Source: Perna viridis
Taxonomy: Eukaryota
DNA length: 64,000 bases
Assembly: GCA_037379345.1 (NCBI GenBank)
Contig: CM074518.1
Span: forward strand, 682,001-746,000
Reading direction: 5' to 3'
Shown here: positions 36,693 to 50,720 of the stretch, piece after piece
Position numbering within the stretch: the stretch's first letter is position 1
Layout of the letters: the number at the start of each line of letters is the position of its first letter
The notes under the pieces: generated by a model
What the model saw: only the letters and a program-made list of their open reading frames with translations
What the model was told of the DNA's origin: nothing
Databases searched by the model: none
Translations under genes and position numbers: made by a program

Positions 36693-38193
36693 GTGCAAAT
36701 TTGCATTTACCTTCAAAAACTATTTTAACTGAGCATTTATCCCACACTGTAATTATACTCAAATAAAACCAACTTCAGCTTATGAACATGAGATTTTGCA
36801 AATACTTAATATCAATTTGAATTTACCCGTCAATTTTACTTGGTTAAAATCACTTCTCTATACTTCCTGTTTGTTAAACATGAAATATTAATGATAGGAT
36901 GAAGAGTTTGACTGATGGAACATGGAACAAGAACTCAATTCCTTAAATACTACTTTATTACTAGACCAAAAAGTAGTCCCTCAAATCTTCAGTTGATTTG
37001 AAGACTAGAATTTTAATTTCATTTTGCAGAAATAATAAAGTGTTATTGAGCTGAACCATTGTCAGAAATATATTTACTAGTTTTGAAAAAGATCCTGAAT
37101 GATATAAAAGGAATTACACTTGGACTATATTTTTGTATAGAGTTCAGAAATAGTAGGGCAGTTCCCAGCATAAACCGGTGACATAAGGTATTTTGATCCT
37201 AAAAGGTAAAAAAAACCAAAATGCCACTAAGTTACATGTATCAGAATAAAAAAATATTATGGGAGTATCAACAAGAATTAAAGAGACTAATAAGAAATTT
37301 ACCAGAGGAAATAGCCACCACTGATCTAATGAAATATCTGAATAAAGTAGTGTGAATAATATTAAAACAAAGCAAAAAAAATAAAAGTTTAACAAAACTG
37401 TGGGTTTATCAGATATTATCAAAAGTTGGGGGGAAGCAAAACAAAAACAAAAACAAAAACAAAAAACAGTAAGTTCCAAATAACAAAACTAAAAAAAAAC
37501 CTTTATGATATACTTATTTTATATACATTAGGTAATGTAACAAATTAGATGTTCACAGAAGAAAGTTTATGTTCATCTGTTCCTTTTTTAGTATATAAAT
37601 AGAATGTAGTTCCTAGTGACCTGATTGTAAAACTGAGTTATATATCTTTAAACAACTAGAGTAGTTTTATCACTATTAAAGTGTCTAGATTTAAAATGAC
37701 ATGTAACACTTACTGCAGTTTCTAAAGATAGATTTAAAATGACACTGGGCATGTAACACTTACTGCAGTTTCTAAAGATAGATTTAAATCAGGGATTCTA
37801 ATTTGGCAACAAGAACAATTACTGCTATTTAATGGATAAACTTTCTTTTTTTAATTTTTCCCTCCTAAATCATCATATATACCAATTTCAAATTGATTAA
37901 AGGTAACCAATATTCCTTATAACTAACCTCATTATCTTACATTTCATCTATTCAATCTCAAAAATGAGTGGTCATTTTTTCTGTAATTTGTTAATTTAAA
38001 GATATAGCCTATAGCAAGTTAAAGGGGGAGAACTCCGTCAGACTTATTAGCTTGCCATTGTCTGTAGAGGTGTCAACAATACCAAGGATTCTGATTGGCT
38101 GGTGTTGTTTGCATGTATAAGTCTGTCCTATAATTATCTTTGAAGCACATGCTATAATGTCAGACTAGTACACACATGGAAGATCTAATATAA

Positions 38194-38287
38194 ATGGATT
38201 TATATACATTATTTTTTGTGTTTATTCTATATTTTGTGGACTTTATATCACCCAATCGCCATGATGATCTGTGGGAAGCATTGTCCT
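38194..38287 (+). CDS. Candidate first coding exon (signal peptide) of an unidentified secreted/membrane protein
   Basis: AAAATGG-like start context. Encodes MDLYTLFFVFILYFVDFISPNRHDDLWEALS, then a phase-1 donor T|GTAAGT. An inverted CCAAT box (CTGATTGGCT) lies ~100 bp upstream. Confidence 0.4.
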
Positions 38288-41200
38288 GTAAGTATAATGG
38301 GGATGTATTACATTTTAATTGAATCAATTTGATCTCTTAAAGTGAGGATGTCTAGTGTTTAAGTTTTGTTTACATAGGACCATGTTAGTTACTTTTTTTG
38401 CAGTCTTCATCCCAATAAATTAAGTTAAACAATTTGGGTTAAGGTGTAGAAGTATTTAATGGTCTCATTATTTAAACACCTTAAAATCAAACAGGAAAAC
38501 ATATTCTTTCAATGCATACAAATACTGAATAATTATTGTATTGATGATTTTTTATTTAGTATCAGTTAAAGATAAAGCATGATAATTCTATTTAAACTAT
38601 CAATACAAATTTAATAGAAACAGATCCTATAAAAGAGGGTTTTTACTTTTTTATACATTTTAACCTCAATAAAAACTTTTATTAAACAAATGCAAAAAAA
38701 GATCAGATCATAAAAACTATCCAGATTGAACACTGCTTCAGGAAGTAAATATAAAAATAACAAGTCCATTTATAGAATTGATTACCATGGAAACAATAAA
38801 GATGATATTACACCTGCTATAATTGATAATGTATTGATATATTTGACAGTAATTCTCTGTTACATAAAGATTCACAGAGAACATGTATAGATATAAGACA
38901 AAGTTAGTCTGGATGTCAGTGTTTATGGTACAATATTACTTCCATAGTTGTCACTGGCCAAAATTATAATGTAACATAAAAAGAAGTATATTTTTTTTTT
39001 ATAATTTTAAAATAAGGTAAGAAACAGACCCAAGAATGTAAGGGAATAGAGCAATTAAATATAATAATTTATACCTAAAGAGCCTACAATTCTTACAGTT
39101 AAAGAATTATGGTAATAGGAGTCAAGCTAGAAACACAGTTTTCATGAAATTAGTATGTTCTACGCATATTTCAAGTACACAAACAAGTATTACAATAAAT
39201 TTAGTTTTACCTAGTCCAAATCTTCCAAACACTTAATGTCATGCTATTTTCATTTTTATAATTCCTCAAGTGAAATCCTGACCAAACTTCTTCCAGTAGT
39301 CCAAAAAAAAATAATCTAGTAACCAACAAGCTTACTTCCTTCACATAACATTCTCTTGTTGCTGAATTAGAGGATATACCAAGATATGCTTTTTTCTAAA
39401 TTCAGCAAGCAATACCATAGTAGTAGTAGTCTTAACATATTGATACAAGTTTCTAAGTTATTTGGCTAACTAAGGACCAGTATTAATTTGTACTAAAATG
39501 TTGCAGAGCATACACAGTCAGTTTAAATAATTAAGAAGGAAAAAAAAGTAGTCAACAGAAAAATAGTGCACCTATATTGAAATTTGTTGTATATGTACAA
39601 TAAAATCTTAGTGTTACCTCAGCACTAAAACTGTTCTTCTACCACCAAATGTTTCTTACCTAAAATATAAAAATACAATATAAACTTATATCATGATAAA
39701 TATAGTGAGTAATAGCAATCAAATGTTTAAATTCTGGAATGAACCTGTCAAACACATGTACAATATACTTCCTAGAGATTTAATATATATTGGATAAAAA
39801 TCTGGGAATCTGTAGTGGGGGTAGGGGGTTTTTCATCCTTATAATTTGAGAAGAACCCCTTAATTATTGAATATTCTAAACAGAATCATGGTACCAGTAA
39901 AGTGTCTCTGATTTTTACCACCATTATTTTGAAGCACTGTTTCTGTAAACACAAATTTATCATAAAAAATAAGAATAGAATAATCAATTAAATGCTAAAT
40001 TCTTCAATTTATCAAATTTTTTAACAGGGCAAAAAAAGTATACAAAAAAAAAACACTAGTCAATTTCCGTCCCACTTCAGAGGTGAGGATTTTCTACTGA
40101 AATTAACATGATTTTCAGAAATGGCAAATTTTATAAGTAGCTGAGGTAAATTAATGTACATCCCTCATCCATCATAACACAAAAACAGGATGTCAGGATT
40201 TTATTTGTTTTCTCTCCAAATGGAATGAAAAATCAATGCTTAAAATAAACCTAATTATAGTCCTGCAGAAAAACCAACAACCACCTGGTTGACAAAAAAA
40301 TTAGCTTCCTGTAGATTCTAAATGTATGAATTTATATGGTAAAAACTTGTATATTAGCATCCGGCCATAGAGCTGGAGAGCAACCACAGGACATTTAAGC
40401 ACCACTATAGCATCCCATATGGTTTAGGGATGATAGATTAAATTCCCAATCGATAAATAAATAGGAAAATACTCAAGGATTGTGGATCAATTTCCCGTTA
40501 AGTTTTATGTTGAACATGATTAAAGGTAACAGTATTAGGACTTTCTTATTTCCGTTCTACACACAGCTTTGGCGGACTTTAATTGGAAGCCGAGACTTGT
40601 CTCTAACGCTCTAATCTTAATTTCTATTGTAAGGATGTCTTACTCTCCCCTGCATTTGAATTGTAAAGAGACAGCCAATCTCTAGTGCTCAGATTTTCAA
40701 TACAATTCTGTCAAATCAATGCAGTCATTGCCATTGAATTTTTTATTCGATTCTCCTAATGCATGGTAAACTTGTATGTAGACCTTAAAGATACAAGCTA
40801 AATTATTTTAACAACTAATGGAATACTGGGAAGAAACTATCACAGCTTCTCTTGGAGTTAGTTGAAATACATGTTATTTTTACTTCAAAACAACTAGTGT
40901 TAGTTCACTATTAAAGACATAAAATATTGGATTAAAACATGGACAATCCTAAAATTCTGACAAAAAAAAACTTTTTTTTTTTTTTTTTGTATTGTCATCC
41001 ACCTAATCTACAGTGTTATAAGACATTACCAACTTAAAGTGACACAATTCTTCGGCTGCAGAATTTCAAACTGTTATCATAACATCCAGACATAACTACA
41101 ACCAATTCACAAATTAACTTCATTTGAACCAAAATCTAAAAATCCATGTTAAAAAATTAGAAGAGAAAGTATGAGAATTTTTCAATTAGTTGAGAGAATT

Positions 41201-44200
41201 AACTTGATTAAGCTGTGAGCCACACAGCCTGATGAAAAGATGCTTTATTTTATAGTTGAGTATTATCATTTTGACAAATTCTCAGGTTTATTGTGTGATA
41301 AATACAGGGAGAAATTTGACCACACATAATGATTGGTGGTGATGTTTTATGTATGAGAGTATCATTCTAGGTAACTTCTTAAAAAAATTGTGTGAAAAAT
41401 GCTAGCCATTCTTTCCTATCTAAAACATGTTAACATATGGTATCCTACTAAAATACTTTTAACCACTGACATCAATTGTTGACATCCAAAAGTCAAGAAA
41501 TGACTGCATGATCAGTGATCTTCTTAAAGTATACTATTACTAATTTAATGTCAGCCAGTAAAGGTCCAAGGTCAAGGTCAAAGAAAGGGAGAAGGTTGTG
41601 AGTAAGAGTGAAGAAGGTGTTTATGTCTGTGAAGTTTACTGTTTCCAAAGTCCCATTTATCATGAGAGCATTTCATAAATTGTAAGGGTGTGTAAATATT
41701 TATAGAAGTGATCCTAGAGGCTATAAAGTTGGTCCATTATTTATCCCCATCATCAGGTGACCACCATGATTTATTGGAGAAACAATGATTGATTTACTTA
41801 TGTTATAAAACCCATAGATTGTGGCCACACTCTTCCATTAAAGACAGTTAGCGGCATTTCACCTTCTTTTTCTCGTCTCTGTCTAAGATTCTGTTTTAAA
41901 ATCAGAATTTACTTGTTTACAGAACAAGCAGCCATCAAGCACCAGTGTATTTTACAATCCGTCATGAAGAATGATCATCTGAATTTTCAAGAAAGCCAAT
42001 ATTTTGTCCTCAGATTACCTCATATCTACCATAAGTCTACTGGGACCAAACAGGTGTCCAGTTATAACCCCCTGTTCTCTAGCAGGTGCCCTGTTATAAA
42101 ATAACAGCTTTGAGTAACAAAACTGCTTTAATTACAGATCAAGTTATTTAATTATTCTTCTTTTATTGTTTCATGGTAGACTGGATTAGGTAAACAAAAT
42201 CTTCAATAGATATCCATAACAAAGGAAACAAAATTAGTTATATATTTTCACGTAATTTACCAAGGTTTTCAATGGTATCTCCTCTCTAGCTATCTCTTAA
42301 AATTGGCTCACAATATGTTACTGAAGATTTCATAAAAGCAACCATATTTTCTAATGTAGAGTTTAAGGATGCCCCGTCCCTTCATTGTTCAAATAACAAA
42401 TTGTAAATAAATAGTGTTTTTATATAATTCTATCATGTTCATTTATAAGGACAACTCGTAACAACTCATTTACTCATCCAATCAAATGTTTCTTATTAGC
42501 AATAAAAATCTTTTTTTTCTTTATAAACTAAATTTCCTTCAAAGGACATACCTATAGTTATAATCATCAATCAGAAAACAAATGCACCAGAAAAACATGT
42601 TTTTTATCAGAGAATTAATTACTGGGAATGTCTTATCTTAATTGCCAATTACTGATAATCAAATTCCATCAACTATGATATAACCCTTAAATCAGATAAA
42701 TAATATCAATGTCATGGTAACAAAGGTGTTATCTCCAATTGTCCACTTATCCAATGGGAGACAACTCTTATAAATAAATTCTCATGTAATATTATCAGGT
42801 AGAAATAATTAAAATGAGCCACTATAAAGGATAAAGTTCTTCAGATAATCATTTATCTAACTCAGTTCTAAGTGATTCAAGAGCTCTTCAATGGATAATG
42901 AATGTAGGTTTGATATTTCAGTTCTATAATTGTATAGAATTGCACAGTAAGAAGAAACAGTATTCTGCATAAATTTAATTTCAACAAATTTTTAAGCAAA
43001 AAAATATCATTCTAAATTTTAAAACCTTCAAAACTGTAAATAGATATAAAGTACATGTATGAAAGCAACAAGAAGCTCAAATCAAAAAATTACAAAATCC
43101 TATCATCATTACTAAAATATTTATTTTGGAATTCACTTTAGTTTATACTAGCCAGGGAAAAAAGAAATCAATTAACAAATATTGAAACAAGAAAATTTCT
43201 GGTGTAACTATTTGTATTAAACTTAATTTGTGATCATTTTATTGTCACAATGTCTTAATGAACACCTGTCTATTGACTTACTCTGAGAGGTCATTTGTAA
43301 AGTTTAAAAAATGCCACAGTCTAACACTGGTAAAACATCTTATCACTTCCTGTTTTACCTAGTGCCAGTTAATACCATATAAAGGACAAAAAGAGTTTGC
43401 TAATTTCACATATTTTTACAGTATTAAAGTTAAAAGTAAAGTAGAACTATCCTGAGTTCTGTCTATAAGTTTAACATAGTAGTCTTGAACAAGTCATCAC
43501 AAATATAAGAAAATTATGGATTGAGTAATAGAGCAGACCCTAAATTATGTAAGGTAAACACAGATGGTGCACTCTAATGGTACATTAATCACTGTCTGTG
43601 AAATTATATTGAAGTTGCAGCAGTGTGAACCTTGTTATTTTGTGATTAATTTATTTTTACAAGGAATCTACAGATGTTAAAGATGATGAGTTTGACATTC
43701 ACATTAAAATCTGTAAAAGACTAAATCCAACATGTAGAAAGTATAATATACATTTAGATTATTCTAGTTTGGTGTAGGTGGTAGTTAAAACAGGATGCTT
43801 GGATATTAAAGGACTTATGTCGGGTTTAGACAAGTTTTCTTTATATTCAGGATACAGTTAACACATAGCTAAATGGCAAAAATCTCAAGAACATGTATCT
43901 ATAAAATTTCATGAAGTTCATACATAGCAGTTCTGAAACACAAACTAATGTACCCCACCTTATTAGGATTAATTGAATCATATTATACATAAATGTTATC
44001 TATAAACAATGGTTCCTACCTTAAATTTCTGGCAATATTTAATTTTAAAATCATAAATCAAATATGTTTTATCAGGAATAGGGGGTATTACATTTGGGTG
44101 ATTACCAGTGCAGTCGCCTAGCTTACAAAAGAATTGTCAATGATTTAATTCACCATGGTATAGCAGACTGAGTATGGATTGTTCTGTAGAAGTTTATCAA

Positions 44201-47200
44201 AATGAAGATACAAAGACTGTCATATTACACATTGTTTATTTTTGACCTTTTGACCCTGTACTTATCATATTACATGCCAGCAGACTAGCTGAAAGACCAC
44301 ACAAAGAATCTCTTTGACAAAATACAAAGTGAAGAGGAATTGTCTCAGGGTATTTCTCCTTCTGGTAATAAACAAGTTAGTTTAACCTAAAAACAGAAAA
44401 TATACTTTCTTCTTTCATACTTTTTTCTTATTTTAAACAAATCTAAATCTAGATAAAGCTTGTGAAACTTGACAATATTACTGGTGTCTGACTTGCCAGA
44501 CAAACATACAACAGATTCAATGTTCAGAAATTCACAATTATTCCATTGTCATGTGTAAATTGAGAAGAATAGAATCCCTAGATAATTAGTATCAGTCTAG
44601 ATCAGAAAGAGGCTGCCCTTGTCCCGAGGTGTCCAAATAAATGGATTAGAGATTCATTTGTGATGGAATGACACAACCAAAAAAAAAGAATTCTTCAGAA
44701 AAATTGTGTTCACACATCCTGACAATTGTATAAAATTTTGTAGGATCCCCTTGGTAATTGACACTTGTACAAATATTGAAAATTACTAATACTGATGGTT
44801 TTATGATATGCTGTTAATGGCGAAATAGGAAACATTCTGTATAAACCCCCTAATGGACTGAAAACACCAGAATAAAAATGTCAGCACTAGCTGTGATACA
44901 ATATTTTGACCCTTACATTGTACAAACCCCAAGTAACATAAAATACCTGCAATTGTTGGTTTTTACACATTCTAAAAGCAATGAATTGGTTCTCACCAAA
45001 TGAGTTGAATTGATTTTGAGCAGGTCCCTACTATATTGTATCAAGGTTCACTCCTATAGAAAGGATTGATTATACCCAGGGCTATATGATACCTACTTTA
45101 AAACAATGATCTATACATAGTAACGATGTATACTCGTGGGTACACTTCTAAAAGGAAGGGTGGGTTAAATTTACATTGGTAAATGAGCTGCATTGATTCA
45201 ATTTAGAATATAATATCATAGATGTGGGTGCACCAGAGATAACCCTGACCATGCTTTGTGATGTAATGGAAGTATTATTTTACAAAAACTTCAAACTAAC
45301 ATTCTTTTTTGGTGAAACTAAAATCTAAGAATAAAAAGATACATAAATTATTTTTCATAGTACTGGTATTTATTTTTTTTAATAATATTTTTAACTCCAA
45401 CAAGGTATTGAGCATCATAGACATTAGTACAAGTCAGAGTGTCTCACCTACATGATTTTTTTGGTGTTGTACAATGGCAGTATAATTCTAGCCACAAATC
45501 AGAGGAGTTCTAGGACATTCAATTGTCTAGGCTCGTCTGAGCAATCAACATCAGTTTCACAGGCCATCGACAATTAAAGGCAATCCCTATCACTCCAACT
45601 CTTGACTTTCCTTGATAAAAATTTGATCAATCAAATAGACTAGTGATTGATTGTGTATGTAAGTTCCGTTATACAAATCAAACAATGAGACGCAGTGATA
45701 CTACTGCTATACGTCCAAGGAGTTATATATTGGATTATTGACCATCTATTATCGGGATGAATAGGGACACTATGTCATTGTTGGGATGCTAATGTCATTC
45801 TAAACCAAACTCACTGTAAACCATCCTTTTTAGAGATGAGCAATATAGGCAACAGTTTACCTGATTAAAACCTGTGTATCTCACTGTCAATTCTAAAGAT
45901 TTCAACTGTCCCCACATAGACAATATTTGGAGCAAAATGCCCCACTTCAAGATCATCTTAACAAAGTGAATCTTTCAAGACCATTCATCTTCTGATTGTA
46001 AAGAACATATCTTATAATAATATAACCAGACTGTATCACTATATCAACAAATTGTTCCCTCTTCTGCCATTATTAGTCAGCATTTTAACTTGATGGACCA
46101 TCATTTGTCCAAATAATACAACCAAACCATATCCTGGCTAGTGTTTCATTTTTAGTGCTTGTAACAATGGCTAGATTTTGCCTATCCTCATGCAAACAAT
46201 GTAGACCCAGGTGATGGGGAACTCCATCTAATCACCACAAAAATAATTACTTTCCGTCTTTCCGTTTCTAGTCAATTTATAGATTAACAGTGTGAAAGAA
46301 ATAAGTTCTAATTAAAGAAAAACCATCATGGCAATGATGATTCCACCTCCCAGCCACAGGAATAAGATTCCGTCAGCAGAACTTGCTTCCATTGTGATTT
46401 CTGATATGTTGATGTAGGCTATTGTTCTAGGAAGTTTAAGCAATAACAAGCTATTTTAGAAAACAACACTCAATTCTTCACTACTATTCTTGGTTAATAA
46501 GGACTACAGAACATGTGAAATTAATTAGCAGTAAAGCTGTTAAATGTTCACAGAAAAGAAAAATTTTTTGTTGCATATACATTGTAATACAAATAGGTGA
46601 ACATTTGTAAGAAATAATAAATTTTATAAGTTTTCAATTTGATAAATGACATTTTATTCAAGTTCGTGGAGGCAAAATTTTGTTAGTTTTTACAGTTATA
46701 TATTTAACAAATAAAATAGTCTGAAAATACTGTATACAATGGATTGTATTTACCTATTTGAAAACATTTCTTTACAACTTTCCATTGGAAAACTTCACAC
46801 AAACCCAGAGAGAACAGTAATGACTTGTTATCATGCTCATAGGCTGTCAAAACTACATTGTATACAAATGTTCCTTCTACTTTGGACAAAAGCATGTAAT
46901 CTATTTTCTGTAGACCTACTAGTGGTAATTAAGCATATAGGGCTATACAATGGATGAAAAACTGCTATTTTCCCAGACACTATTCTAAATCAATTTGACC
47001 AAATCTACATAAGACAAGGGAATTGTTTGATCCTGTCTTAATGTCATTTTGATGACAAAAAATGGACATTTAAACACCAACTATTAATCAGTGTTATTTC
47101 TTCAAGACCATTCTATGAATTTATGAATTCAAAAGCAGTTTCCCACTCTTTGGAAATACAAATTAAGGGGAACTTTCCAGACACAAATTTTTGACTAATA

Positions 47201-49574
47201 AAATTGGAACTAACTATTCATCATGAGAATGGATTCACTATTCAGCAACAAGGAACTTCTACACCCTTTACCACAGACAGACAGACAGACAGACAAGAAA
47301 CCTCTCACTGATTGAAGTCAATAAGGCTCAGAATGATAAAATTGATTATTGTTTCCACTTTCTACATTACTGTTTCATACAATTAATGCAGGACTACATC
47401 ATGTAGCTACGTTTCCTCAATCAACTCAGATAAAAAGACAACTTTTCAATATTTGTGATTGTGCATGAAGCATCCATCATTTCTTTGTATATAACAGTCA
47501 ATTTTCTGCTATTGTAAATGATCCATTATATAAATGTTACTGCTAGCGTAGCAAACTATTGCCAGAAAATCTGAATGTGTTATATACAACATGAGAACTC
47601 CAATGAAGGCTTATCAATATCTTGAATCACTTGAATGCCTACATTCCAATTCATTCAATTAATTCTTTTACTTAACTGCACTGCATAAAATTTCACCAGA
47701 AACTACCATCTATCACACAGGCTCCAACGTATTAAAGTTAACACCATGTACAAAGATTCATGACAATAAGTCACATCCTTTACAGTCTGAGTGTAAACCT
47801 TCATTCTACAGACAGACAGACTTAAGATATTAGGTGTTAGTGAGCATTACAGGTTATTGTATTCTCTCAATGTACTTCCATCAATTAACTTCATGCTTTC
47901 CTTTTCTGAAAGAGGTTAATTGCTCTAGACAAAAAATATACCAAAATACATGTCTGCAGCATAAAATGCATTTGTGGCAACACTTTTTGACATAAAACAA
48001 GTGACTAATGTATCAAGATGTCATTATATCATCCAATCAAATTGATATAAATAACATTCCTCCCCCATTCTGACAAAATCTTATCTTATTTTGGAAAATA
48101 TAAAACCTTTATCTAAATATACAGTAATCAAGAATAGCCTATGAAACTATGTAGACAAAGTTGTCTGGTGGAGCCAAAAGTTAAATCAGATAATTAATGA
48201 ATAAGTTTTGTCTTCAGCAATAGACTGAGTTGTCAATAGTGAGGGTGATGCATATGTCTGAGGGGTCAGTTATTCATCACTGTTTGGTCAAATGTCTGTA
48301 TATAGCTAGGACTTCCTAGTGATAATGTGAAAAAAAGTTATGTATGTTTTTTACTGATTGAGAAGAAAACATTGACCATTTAAGGACAAGAATCAACATA
48401 TCATTTTGTACTTGATTGATAAGTAGTTGTATTTATAACGTTGTGTATAACAGTGATACTGTCCATTACTTTACTAATGATTGTTTTCAGGGAGCTTCTT
48501 GACAGGTTGGTTGGGCTATAATAAACAAACAAATTTTTATTTTTGTCTTAGATGAAGCATAAAATTCAAGTAAAGTGAGAAATATTAAAATAATATTTTT
48601 CACATAACAATCATCTGATTCCCACACATTAAAATTCTTTGTCAATCTGTAATGGCAGAATACAGATAGAACAAAATTTACCAACTTTAAATCTAAGACA
48701 AAAATAGTGCCGCCCTTTCTCTGATAAATGATTTTGATGTAAAAGTTACAACCAGTGCTACAAACAGGAGCAGTATACTTCTATATTATATAACCCCTCT
48801 GACATAATGCCTCTATTTATACTGACAGTTTACATTAAGAAAACACCAGTTAACATTTGAATGATAGGGAATCTAAGTGAAAGAATTTGATGTAGAGTTA
48901 CTGTAATATAACAGTTAACTATTCACCTTAATTATAGTGTTTTAAAATTCTTTGAAAAAAAACCATTAAAACTGCCATTAGCATTGTATACTGTTACTAC
49001 ATGGCTATTGTTCCAATCTCTATTACTACATGTATGATTATCATGCTGTTGGTAGCCAGGAATGCTACATGTACTACTCTGACAGAAGGAAAAACAATCT
49101 CATTGGATAAAATTGTTTCCATCCTAAAACTAGTCTCATAAATAAAGATTAAATTCCATGATAAGTTTTCAGGCAAACAAAAGATAAAGTCACATCTTCA
49201 GAATTATGTAATTTCAAATATTTTATTACTAAGATTATGAAACATCAATAAACAAAACTAATAAAATTTTCTAAGTTCTGATAATGGCTGAAAAAATACC
49301 ATTCTCAGAGAAAGACCATTAATTTCAATTTAACAAGAATCACCTGTAGTGATGATTGATGGAAGGTAACTCTTTATAAAGTCAGATCATGTGATATGAT
49401 TATAGATAGACATAGAGATATTCCTTTGTGGTGTTTATCTGTTTGTCAATCTGTCTATCAGGGTTGTTATTTATGTAGAAAGGGTCATGATAAACGGTTT
49501 CTTCCACACTTCACTGAACATAAACAAAGAAGGATGATCTTCCTGATATCTATCAACATTAATCTAAAGAAGAT

Positions 49575-50205
49575 CTACTGAAATATGACAGACTGAAATC
49601 TGCCCTACTGAAATATGACAGACTCAATCTGCTCCATTGAATAAAACCAGTCTTAGTCTGCCCAACAGAAATATGAGAGACTAAAATCAGGTCCACTGAA
49701 TAATGCCAGTCTTAATCTGCCCTTCTGAAATATGCCAGACTAAATCTGCCCTACTGAAATATGCCAGAAAAAATCTGCTCCATTGAAATATGCCAGAATG
49801 AATCTGCTCCACTGAATGATGCCAGTCTAAATCTGCCCTACTGAAATAGGCCAGATTAAATCTGCTCAATTGAAATATGCCTGAATGAATCTGCTCTACT
49901 GCAATATGCCAGTCTGAATCTACCTTACTGAAATATGTCAGTCTGAATCTGCTCTACTGAAATATGCCAGACTGAACCTGCTCCACTGAAATATGCCAGT
50001 CTGAATTTGCTCTAATGAAATATGCCAGTCTGAATCTACCTTACTGAAATATGTCAGTCTGAATCTGCTCTACTGAAATATGCCAGACTGAACCTGCTCC
50101 ACTGAAATATGCCAGTCTGAATTTGCTCTAATGAAATATGCCAGTCTGAATCTGCCCTACTGAAATATGACAGACCAAATCTGCTCAACTGAAATATGCC
50201 AGTCC
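49575..50205. repeat. 29-30 bp minisatellite (~21 units)
   Basis: CTACTGAAATATGCCAGTCTGAATCTGCT units. Confidence 0.93.
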
Positions 50206-50379
50206 TTCATGAGTTTAAGCTTTCCATCATATTTAGAGTACAAGGTCGTGTTATAAAATGACTAATTAACTGGTGGATACCCTTCTAAAGTGAAGGCAAG
50301 AGGAAGTTCTAATAGAGTTCAGTAAACTGTGGAGAAAAACATGGTTTGAGCAAAATGCTGTTGATAATTATCATGGCTG

Positions 50380-50720
50380 TTTATTTTGAGCCAGATATTG
50401 TTTAGATTGTCCTATTTGTTGATTTAAGCCAAATGCTGTTTAGAATGTCATAGTTGATTTGAGCCCAAAGCTGCTGAGAATGTCATAGTTGTTGATTTGA
50501 GGCCAGACATTGCTGGGAATGTCATAGTTGTTGATTTGAGACCAGACATTGCTGGGAATGTCATAGTTGTTGATTTGAGACAGACATTGTTGGGAATGTC
50601 ATAGTTGTTGATTTGAGACCAGACATTGTTGGGAATGTCATAGTTGTTGATCTGAGACAGACATTGTTGGGAATGTCACAGACATTGATCTCAGCCAGAT
50701 ATTATTGTTGACCAGAGCAA
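50380..50720. repeat. ~39 bp minisatellite
   Basis: TCATAGTTGTTGATTTGAGACCAGACATTGCTGGGAATG units. Confidence 0.88.
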